Assembly: GCF_004010195.1 (NCBI RefSeq) | Contig: NC_057717.1 | Coordinates: forward strand, 105,762,719 to 105,826,718 | Direction: 5' to 3' | DNA length: 64,000 nucleotides | Origin: Chiloscyllium plagiosum | Lineage: Eukaryota | Shown here: positions 50,201 through 62,200 of the stretch, piece by piece | Layout of the letters: each line of letters starts with the position of its first letter | How positions within the stretch are numbered: position 1 is the stretch's first letter | Program-made: the position numbers and the translations under genes | Notes under the pieces: generated by a model | The model's input: the letters and a program-made list of their open reading frames with translations, nothing else | Database searches by the model: none | What the model was told of the DNA's origin: nothing

Positions 50201-53200
50201 CTTCGCTATCAGTTAAGAGCCACACAGCCTCCTGTCCAAACTTGTACAATACAGGGTGGAAACCGGAGACAGCTTCTCCAGTTTGATCAAAGAACAAAAC
50301 AGACAAGGAACCCTGGGAATTTCAACGTTCCTTCAAATTTTCCACCAGGCACTAATCTAACTCTCTCAAACTGCATAAAAGGCAAAACACTGCAGATGCT
50401 GGAAATTGAACTGGAAACAGAAAATGTTGGAAATACTCAGCAGTTCAAGCGTTTAGAAAGTGAGAAACAAAATGGAACATTTAGCAACATGAACAGTTTC
50501 TCTGTCCCAGGGTGCTGCCTGACCTGCTGAGAATCGCCCAACATTCTCAGTTCTGATCTCTCTCTCTCGAGCTGGCTGCCTCTTGCTGTTTTCCTTGGCA
50601 GCACATTCCACCCACTGCTGTATCAAGTGCTTCTATTTGCTTCACCCTTCTGGCAAAATGTGACAATATTATAGATACTAATATGAGTCCATCCTGATTG
50701 GAATCTCAAATACTAAGTTAAACTAAGTCCACAGGATGCTAGAGTCCTCAAAGTAACAATTCACTCAAACAAGTGATTTGGCCTTTTGTGATTCTCAGGC
50801 CTTGGAATGGGTTGACTGAACTCGAAGTAAAAGGGGGATATCTAATTGACCAGGATGCTTAGATTCAGTTCCTGTCTAGTTGGACTCCAAACATGTCCAT
50901 TTGTGAGCTTCCATTTGATATCCTGAATAAAGCCATTCTTCTCAATAAACTGATCCTCTAGATTTCAAGTCAACACGTTCCTTTCTCATTTTCCATTTTG
51001 TACCTGAAGCTGTTTGATGGTCTCCCCTCCTTTGCCAATAATGAGCCCAGCCTTTCCTGCTGGGATCACGATCTCCTGAATGGATCCATTTTGTCCATTC
51101 GTGGTATCATGGGTCTGACCTGGAGGCCCACCACGACCCCGAGAAACTATTTCATCCAGCAGCATTTTCGCCGTCCTGCAAACACAATGCACACAAATGC
51201 AGATTGCATGATATAAAGCATTTAATTGTCATTTTAATTATTGGCAAATAATTCTCTTGCTCTGAAGTTAGTCCCTGAGAAATCCTGCACAAACAGTTAC
51301 AGAGGTAGCGAGAGTTGGAAGAAAATCCTTCTCAAACATGTACAAAAGATAACTTTTCACGATTGTATCTGATAATATCCTACAGAGGTTGACATGGATC
51401 TTTGGTCCATTCCCAGCAGTTGTAAACTGCAACAAGGTGCCCAGACCTGGATGATCACTGCTGTACAGGCGCCTGGAGAGATGTGGTGATAGATCAGCCA
51501 CCGTCCAGAACCACTGTATAGACTGAAGGGGCCTAAAACCTTATTCTAGTGCTCTCTCTTTCCTCTTTTCATCAAAGGATTAACTGAAGACAATGATTCC
51601 CAAGAAAGCTCTTCTTGTCAAGTTTTTCATTGAAGGAACTCAGGCCAAAAAGGCCCCAGGAAGAGAACTCAATTGCCCAGCTGGGCTTGGCCTCCTGCTT
51701 TCTCAACCGTGCTGCTTTAAATAGAATCTAAACCCAACATGTTACTCCAACACAAGGAAGAGTTTTCTTTTTCTTGACTACACAACAGACATACATCTGC
51801 ACTTACTGAATTGACTCCGAATTTCCTGTCAATGAGACACATCGTTCTGGTAAACCTCCACTTTCTGTGAGAAAACAATTTCTAATTAAATTCATTTAAA
51901 ACACAAATTCCCAACATATTCAATAAAAACATGCTTCAGGGTACAAAGTATTAAATGAAAATAAGCCTTTGTAAGACTTGCCCCTCAAGGACTTGAATTC
52001 TGCCAGCTTGCTGTATGTGCAACAGCGTAAGCCTCCAGATGTACAAGATGAGAGATAAGAACTAGAATTAGGATCTTGCAGACAGACCAAAGTCTGTCAC
52101 TTTAGTAGATTAGTATATCTACAGTTCCATCCGAAATAAAATGTCAATTTTCTCAAGTTAAGCAGAGATGTCTACATCTACAACATGCTATGGTTGAAAG
52201 CCATCAAAAAGCCATGCTTTTCCAAGCTGGAGTAGACGGAACTTGGCACAGCATCCAGAATTGTGCTGCAGTCAAGGTAATTTTGGAGAGATATCAACTG
52301 CACTGTTCTCCGCTTGTGAATGTGGCACCAACTGTTGCATATGTTCAACCAGCAGCATTATTTTTGGGGAAAGAAAATTGCTATTATTTTGGCTGTGATC
52401 ACACAAGGAATCTATTTGACATTATAAAAATGTTGCAAACAATTTTCTGGATAATACTGGCAAATCACAACAAGGGAAAGATAAAATGGAAACTGTGCAT
52501 ATTATGTCACAGATCGAGTACAAAACATAGTTGTACTCACCATCAGAATTTGGCCCTGAGGAAGAAAGAAAAATCACAATTTATTTTGATTTTCAGCAAC
52601 ACAAGCTGCTGGCACTGGATTCGGATCTTTGTTTTGTGTGTGGAGCGACCTTATCAATGGCCAGAACAGGGCCCAGGGGTTTCTTCTTCTTCCACCCCCA
52701 CCCCCCAATTCTAACGCCTTGAAAGCTTCCCTTCAAGGTCAGGAGCTGGGTGAGGAAGAACAATTCCAAAAGGTGCACAGCAGGATTTATGAATCTCAGG
52801 GCTGACATTACTTGAATTGGCAGTGTGCAATCTAATTACTCTATCGGGAGTCCGTCACCAATTACAAAACATACATATCCTTCAATCAGTTGTTTTGAAG
52901 ACAAAGATCTCTTCTGATTATTGGCAATGTTTCATTAGGTAAAGGTCATGGGTGCCAACAGCTTGCTGGTATCTAGCCAAGTGACCATTCTTTACAAAAC
53001 AATCTAAACAGGAAGCATCGAAGAGTGATTTGACCATTGGAATCATAGACACAAGGCCAAATCATGTCCTTGCTCAATATCTACTCCCAAACTAACACAA
53101 CCGGACAACTGGAATGGAGGTCAAAGCTGACCTTTCCCCATGACCAAGTGTGGTGCTACATTTGCCTGTGGCATACCAGCTGCAGCCCAGGCTGAGATTA

Positions 53201-56200
53201 GCCTAGTCAGCACAGAGCACAGCTCAAACCTGGAGACTGCACTTTTTGGTGGGGTGGGGGGGTTGGAGACACGAAAACTTCAAGCAAATCCCAAACTAAA
53301 CACCATTTAAACAGATCTGTACTTATACTGAAGTAATATACTATCAAGAACATCAAGCCTAGATTTAGCCCAAGAATTCACATCTCTCATTTCCAAAAAG
53401 ATAGTTAAAATTAACTTTCAACATTATGCATACATGGTGTAGCTACAATTAACTTTTGAATATTAAACAAAAAAAAAACAAATGCCTCAAAATGTGAAAT
53501 CAAGAAACCAAATTAAAAAGATTAAATACCTGGAGCAATCTGTACTTTGCACCCAGACTCCTGCTGTATTCGGTTTATCTGCTCCCCACCTCTGCCTATA
53601 ACTAAAACAAATAAGCATTTCACAAACTGGGCAGGAATAGACCATCAGGTGACAACACATCTTGGGCATCGACACAGGGACACTGAATACCTTTCAACAC
53701 TGTTGACAGTACAGATCAATGTAATTTAGTGCAAGTTTTTGAAATCAGACCAGCTTATGACAGTCTTGCAAAACATCCCCAATTAAGCATGCATGTTACA
53801 AATAACGGACAAATGTATGTACTAGTATAACCAAAGTTTCCAAAGTACTGCAACCCCCTCATCTAACTGAAAACAATCACACCTCATCAGCCCCAGTCCA
53901 TACTTGACATCAATGGGGTCTCTTATATGGTTCCACAAGAGTCCTTCAGTCAAATGGCCACTTAGCAGCAATGTAACGGGAAGCTGAGCATTGAGTGATT
54001 TGTGGGATGACACGGTTATGGATCAAGGTAACATCTTCATGCTCAAAAAACATCTGCAAGACAACTCTAAGTAGAAACCCGGACAAATACAGCACCCCAA
54101 ATTTGCAATTTTGGGAACAAATTCAGCACTCTAAGTAATTAACATTCTTTGCATAGATTCAGGTCAATTAAGTCCTTTTCACTGACAGGAAAAAAAAGGT
54201 ACAAATGGACTCGGTGGGTTAATGTGCCCATTTTACAACCAGGAAATCCATCTCAGTGGTGCCTTTCTCCATTCCTTCAAAGGATAACTTTCAACTGAAA
54301 GTGACCCAGTGTGTCTACCTCTGGCCCAAAGACTATTTAAGACCCATCTGTCTGCAGATGTGTCAGAGTGGGTAATTGAACATAATTAAGAGGTTTCTGG
54401 TATAGGGTTCATATCCCCACCTATGGCCAGAAAGGCCAGGTTCAAGTCCTGCCTGTGCTGCTGGTGTGTTAGAGCATGTCTGAACAGGTTCAATACAATA
54501 ACTACAAAATGGGGTCCCATACACAACCAATTTTGATGAAAACAATACCACCACCTGGAGAGGAGGAGGAGATTACATTGGGAATTAAATCTCACCTACC
54601 AATGCCACGACTGTGGTTGAGAATGTACAAGTATATAAACAAAGAGACAATTTCTAAAAGCATTTCTCTCCATCAAGCAGTAAAATTATAATACAAGAGT
54701 GAAAGAATCAAAAAGCATCCAACATTTTTACATATTATACATACTTTAGAAGCTTGACAGGTTTAGATGTATCTCTCTTTGTTATTTAAACATTGAACAT
54801 CTCACACATCAACATAAGACATCATTTTTGCAACTTTGTCATTCAGAATACAGAAACATTAAAAGGACCACTTGGTTTGAGTCCCATATCCTCTCATCTT
54901 AACATGCAACTGAAGTAGCTCATTCTGTGTATGTACACAGGATTGGATTAGGACATGAGTTGTCTGGTCTCATAAGGTAAATTGAACAAGGTACTGGAGT
55001 TGTTGCATTCAGCGACATGAGGAGGATCATACTGAAAATAAAAACATAAAACTGGACTCATTTGTTATTCCATTAAGACTTACCAAGACCAACCATCCCA
55101 TCTGGCACTCTGTAATCCTCTGTAAGGGTTGCCCTGGAAAAGAAGATAGATGCCAAAACCAAACAAACTGACAGAAATAAAATACACAAGAGAACCCAAG
55201 GGTCACATCCCAATTTTCCATTTAGAAAACTGGTTTTTAGGTAGTCAGATATAAACTTAAACGCCACTATGACAAACTATTCAAGCCTTTAAACAATACC
55301 ATATTGACAAACTGCATACATCACGACTTGCCACACTACAGGACTGCTGACTCGACATGTTGTGAGCACACTGTATGCATATTTAATTCTAAACTGTTGA
55401 ATACTTTGTGCTTGAGGATCCTTGGTTAAAATTCATCTCTCTTCATTTCCACGCCTAAGGGGTTGACTCTTGGATTTCAGCTCCTGTGGGGTGCGACACC
55501 CTCACAAATATGAGTGAAGTGCCACACTAATCATATGAGTTTGGATCAAGAGTGGATATGGTGTTCAGACTCAAGACATCATACTCAGGCTCCTGACAAG
55601 AGTTATAATTTGGCAATTGTCAGGGGCTCGCTGCATCTCAATGCTACTGCAACTGAGATTGGCTGATGCAATGTTGTGTTATCATCATCAGGAAAGCTCA
55701 GGGCTGGACTCTTCATCTGTGGCATGGTCATGTTGGTTTTTGTGAGATGGGGACAGAGGAGGAGATAAACTCCATACCGACCTTCAACATTAAGCACTGC
55801 TTACCTTTGCTGGTGTATTGCTGCAAGTTGAGCTCCGATTGCTGGGGAAGAAAACATGGACACAGTTAAAGGTTACATATCTTCAAATACAATGCAACAG
55901 ACAAAGTTGCAATACTCCTGTGCCAGAAATATGAGATTGCTATCAAATTCACTAAAATCTCATCAGCATAACTGCACACATACTCTAGAGCTTTATAATA
56001 TGACTGAAATAAACAGCACTTCCATTGCTAAGAATGCACACATTTCATGTTAGGAGAACATATTTTAAGTAGGGATGGGGAGATGATGATGATGATTAGT
56101 TGCTCAATCTATTAAAAAGGCCTCAACAAGTATTCAAGCAAACTGTACCTAAACTGCTGGAATATTGAGTTAAGTCACAGACACAGGTTTCTGTTCCCCA

Positions 56201-59200
56201 CAATGGAGGAATGCAAGAATACTGCAAACACCACACTACTCCTCAGTTGGGCCACCAGTTTGCAGTGAAAGGTAATGACTGATGCTACACTTTCTTGACT
56301 CAGTTCCAGTTTTTTTTTAAAATGGTCCCTTTGTACTATTTCTCTCTCAGTGAGAAAGTGGAGGTCAGCTACACAGCTTTCACCAAAGCAACTCAAAGAC
56401 TGGCACTAAGTGTACAAACTCAAACTATAGTGAATGTTTCTTTTCAATTAATCAAAGGCACCAAACAACACAAAATAGACATACCAATACAACCGGTCAG
56501 TCGATAGAGTGAATCAAGAACTCCTCTGCTCCACAACCACAGCGAAATTACAGCAGAGAAATGAAATCTTTCTTTCCCCAATTTATGGAAATATCAGTCA
56601 GGCCTCTCTCAAATGACTGGTTGCAAGACTTGGGTAATCTTCACAAAGATTTCTTAAGAGTTGCAAGTACCCAAGACCTGTCTCTACTGCCGTAAGCTGA
56701 ACCTTGTTGTAAAGTGATCTTTGGGGCTCCCGTACCTTCATTGTGGATGCACCATGTTCGAGGTCTCCTTTCCATATGTGGATGTCATACCAGCAGGAAC
56801 TAAATGCAGGTCTCAGTTTAATCTGCTGTCCAGTTTTGTAAAATTCAATGATATTTTGCTTGGCATTGTGTCAAAGTAGTTACTCCACTCAATGTGTTTC
56901 TTTACCTCATTTATTTAGAAGAAGCTTTGAGAGCCCAAAAGACAAGGCGAATGTACCTCCAAACCGTTTAGACTCATTTCACCAGATTTCCCTCTTCAAA
57001 TGTTATAAGTAATTCATGAAAATCTTATTCTCATGCTCGTGTCAAAACTTAAGAAACTTATTTTATCAAACGTAGGTCACTTAAATATTTCAGCATAATA
57101 ATTACTGACTGTGAACTGAATCCAGTGCTGCAGTTTTGATAATGGGTTTATTTTCTTGTGAAGAGCCAATTTCATAGCTAGCTAGTAGAGTGTTAATGCT
57201 CTTAATCCCTCTGATCTCAAACTGCCCTCACCATGATTCATTGACGGTAATCCAAAATTTCACAGTTTAAAAATAACTGTTGCCAAAAACCCAACTTTTG
57301 AAGAGCAGAATTTGTAACTCTGTCATGGCACAATCAGACACACTGATTGCTTGAGACATTCGAAATACTAGCATGAAACAGCTGCCTGCAGCACCCTAAG
57401 ATTTCACTTGCCCAAGTTATCAGGTCTGACTGAAACCCTAGTGAAAACAGTGGCCAAATCATTTCTCTAAGTGTACGTAACAAATGGACTACTTACGATC
57501 ACTTTGTGCTGCTATTTTTTTACTATCCGGCTGATCTGTAAAAGAGAAATTGAAGATTTTTCTTTTTACAACTGAAAGATTAAGAAATTCAAGCAGCTGC
57601 TCACAGAAATATAAAAACACTCACGTCATATTCTGAAGATGTTCTTTACACATTTCTCCACACCCTGATCAATACTGCACACATCAGGAGCATGAGTTTA
57701 ATATTGCTGGAGTACCATTAACATTTGACACCCTGCCGTTGCCAGTACACAAGGCTAATATCTGGTCTCTCGAATGAACATGCAAGCTGCTAAATTTAAA
57801 CTTAGTTGACATGACCACAGAACGTACATCATCTTTGCTCTAAACTGATCTTGCAGCATTACTGGAACGCTTCATTCTGGATTGGCTACATTTGCAAATA
57901 AATCACTGCATGTGGGGTCAACTGGGGTGTGATTCAGTGGCAATGTCAAATTCCTCGAAGAGTTGGAATTTGGGAATTTTCCAGATACTTGGCAGATTGA
58001 ATTCCACAATTCACTGAAAACAATTACTGGGCTACTGTAAACTTTCCTGTATGTATGATTTTTAAAAAATTCTTAGTTTGTACCCTGATGGGATACAATG
58101 GGGCTTAGAAACACTCAGATGGGGCTGCTCAGTTTCAGCTGAGTGAAGATCCTCTGGTCTGAAAATACACAGATGAACATGGATGAGTAGTGCCTGCTTG
58201 GTCCCGAGTTGCGCGAGGAGCCAAACCCAGTCAATAAGAAGGAATAATTTGAAAGCTGTGGATCAGTCATTACATTGAGGACCTGTTGGCATGTTTCCCA
58301 CTATGACATGCTGACATCAATGAGACACTGTGAAAGCACTGTACAGTTAACACAAACAAAGAAGTTATTTTTAAGGCAGAGGCCAAAACAGTTGATTTAG
58401 ATTCAAAGGAGACACAGGTCTGCAGATGCTGGAGATCAGAGTAGAGATCGTGTTGCTGGAAAAGTACAGCAGGTCAGGCAGCATCCGAGGAGCAGGAAAA
58501 TCAACTTTTCAGGCTGGAACCCTTCATCAGGAATGAGGCTGGGAGCCTCAGGGGTGGAGAGATAAATGGGACAGAGGTGGGGCTGGGGAGAAGATTCTTG
58601 CCTTTACTGAGGACTAAATGTTCGTCCTCAGCGAGGGGGAGGTCTCTGGGGAATGGTTAAGACACGGCAGGAATGGGAGCTAGAACCTGGAGCACGAGGT
58701 GGGTTGGGAGTTACCTTCTCCCCAGCCCCACCCCCTCCCATTTATCTCTCCACTCCTAAGGCTCCCAGCCTCATTCCTGATGAAGGGCTCCGGCCCGAAA
58801 CGTCGATTTTCCAGCTCGTCGGATGCTGCCTGACCTGCTGTGCTTTTCCAGCAACACATTCAACCTAGAATCACAGGAGCCCTGTAGTGTGGAAGGTGGT
58901 CATTCAGCCCATCAAGTCCACATCAACCCTCTGAGTATGCCACACAGATCCACACCGCTACCCGATCCTTGTCACCCTACATTTTCCATGGAAAATTCTC
59001 CCAGTCTGCACATCCTGGAGACTACAGGCAATTTCCCTGGCCAATCCACCTAACTTGCACATCTTTGCACTGTGAGAGGACAACAGAGCAACCAGAGGAA
59101 ACCTACAGGCACTGGGAGAACACGTACGTTCCACACAATCACCCGAGAGTGTAACTGAACCTGTGTCTCTGATGCTGTGAGGCAGCATTGCTAACCACTG

Positions 59201-62200
59201 AACCACCATACCATCCAATTTAAATGAGAACAAAGAAGAAAGATACAAAAACCTGCCTCAAAGCATCAGCTAATGGGCAAAATGTGCAACTACACTAACT
59301 GATAACAGAAACAGTGCATTGGCAATGTTAACATGGTAATTTAATGATAAACATTGACAAAAGGATGCATGAAAATATGAGACACACAAAAGTCAGGACA
59401 CAAGGGAGGCTAGGGCAAGAACTGGGTGTCCTGTAAGATTATTAAGAGACAAATAGAGTTGCTATGCAAGCACATGCTACTGTGCCAAACAAACACTCAT
59501 CTAAATGCAGAATCAAACACAAACAGCACATACACCAAATTCAAGTCAGGAAAATGTCTTTGAAGTTGAAGCTGATTGTGACTGTATTATTGAGAGCTAG
59601 TTTATGTTGAAAAATGTGAGCCTATTCTAGTATATTTCTGACCCAGTGAATCAAAGAGTTAATCAAGAGAACTGGACCTGGTGAGTTGGTACAGGTCAAA
59701 CAAAGGGAGGTGAACATGGATTCTCTCTCTTGCATTAACACATCTACAAAGACACTTCAAAATAACCAAGGAAACAGCTGGGAAGGACCAACAGTCTCAA
59801 GCCACAAACTTGATTTCAATTTGATATCTCAATTCCAAATCATCTAATTACTTTAACATCATTTGACATGTTAACCAGAGAACTATGGGGCCAGCTCTTA
59901 ATGGTCACAGAGGCAAAGTGAAATTAAAACACAAACACAAACATGAACTGAAAGCTTCATGCAAACGCATCAAAACATCACAATAACTCAAAGACAGATG
60001 TGGGGCAAGGACACCACAACTCAATTTAGACAGTTTCTATTTTATCCCATTCTTCACTTCAATTTCTCAAATTTACAATACCTGTTTCTGACTACAGTAA
60101 CAACACATTTCCAAGATGACACTAAAATAGCATGTCCAGGCCCTAGACGGACATGAAGCAGATAAATGGAATCAATCCACCATGGCTCAGTTAGAATGAT
60201 TGCCCAACGTGTTGTGCTGGATTAAACCACACTCTTGAGTTTCTGCACACAAACATATTTGTAATAGCATACATGGCCTGTTACCACTCACTGCATATCC
60301 TATGGCGAAAAGCTCGACCTTAATATAAGATCAACTTGCCAAGGAGAAAGCTAAAGTCAACTGGAGAGTTGTCCTCTCTGGTTTCACAGTAGCCTCATGT
60401 TTTGTACAGCACAAGGCCAGAAACCAACTCTTTATTCACATCTCGCAAGTATTAGTTTGGGATAGAAACACAGTAAAAACCATTCACGAGTCTACAGAAG
60501 ATCTGCAGCTCAGGTTGAGGTTCTGGATATAAGTTGGCTCACTAGCTGGACATTGTTTTCACACACTTTGTCACCATACTGGTAACATCAGTGAGCCTCC
60601 GGTGAAGCATTGGTGTGATGTCCTGTTTTCAACTTGGGTGTTGAGGTTGCCTTGGGTTGTGGTGTCATTTCCTGTTCTTTTTCTCAGAGAGTGGTAAATG
60701 GGGTCCAAGTCGATGTGTTTGTTGAAATGCCATGCTTCTAGGAATTCTAGTGTGTGTTTCTGTTTGGCTTGTCCTCGGATGGGATGCGTTGAAGTGGTGT
60801 CCTTCCTCATCTGTATGTAAGGACACTTGAGAGAGTGGGTCATGTCTATGTGGCTAGTTATGTTCATCTATCCCGATAACTCGTTTTCTGCCTGTTTGTC
60901 CCAGTCCTTGCATGGTATTTTGTAAATAACATTAGTTTTGCTTGTCGTCTGTACAGAGTCTTTCAAGTTCATTAACTGCTGTTTTAGTGTGTTGGTGGGC
61001 TACCATGATGCCACGGGGTCTGAGTAGGCTGGCAGTCATTTCCAAGATGTCTTTGATGTAGGGGAGAGTGACTAGGGTTTCTGGACGGGTTTTGTCTGCT
61101 TGCTTGTGTTTTGTTGCTGAGAAATCGGCAGATGATGTTCATTGGGCACTTGTTCTTTTTGAACAGCTTGTATAGGTGATTTTCCTCTGTGCTGCAGTGT
61201 GTGGTGGCTCATTGAAGTCATGTTCTAATGCAGCCTCGTTTGCGGTTGTTGGGACGATTGCTTCTGTAGTTCAGTGCTTGGTCTGTATGTGTTGTTTTCC
61301 TGTGGACGCCAGTTTGAAGTTCCCAATTGACTGATCGCTCTATGATATCCAGGAATGGTAGTTTGTTGCTGTTTTCCTCCTCTTTGGTGAATTTTATGCC
61401 AGTAAGGATATTATTGATGGTCTTGAAGGTTTCCTTTCATTTGTTTCATTTAGACTGCCAGCCTACTCAGACCCTTTGGCATCATAGTAGCCCACAAACC
61501 CACCAACACACTAAAACAGCAGCTAATGAACATGAAAGACCCCATACAGACAACAAGCAAAACTAATGTCATTTACAAAATACCATGCAAGAACTGTAAC
61601 AAGCACTACGTTGGACAAACAGGCAGAAAACTAGCCACCAGGATACATGACCATTAACTAGCCACAAAACAACATGACACTCTCACTAGTATCCTTACAT
61701 ACAGATAAGGAAGGACACCACTGCGACTGGGACATCCATCCTAGGACGAGCCAAACAGAGACATGCTCGGGAATTCCAAAGTATGGCAATCCAATCGGAA
61801 TTCCATCAACAAACACATTGAGGTGCACCCCAATTACCACCATCTGGAAACAAAAATGGAGAGAACCGGAAATGACATCACCAGTCCAAGGAAACCTAAA
61901 AACATGAAAAGACAGTGGACCACAACACCAGTGCTTTACCGGAGGCTCATTGATGATGTTACCTAGTATGGTGTCGAAACGTCTGAAAATGAACCTTCCA
62001 GCCCAGTGAGCAAACCTACATCCACAGTGAAAAATGGGTTGAAATTCACCGGACCAGACCCAGAGAAAGGCAGATTCCACTAAAAACCAATACCAATGTC
62101 ACAAAAGATCTCCAGTTAAGTGCCACACTTCCAGGATGTGAAATAGGTTTCCAGTACATTTCACTTCAACACAGTTGGTGAAAACTGTACTCAGAACGGT

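Noticed and set aside
55615..55695. Intronic C/D box snoRNA (ATGATGA...CTGA on minus strand)
   Set aside because: No terminal stem and no recognisable rRNA or snRNA antisense element.
61945..61990. Active hammerheads at about 61950, 3400, 23260 and 47150
   Set aside because: Catalytic core positions are mutated or truncated.
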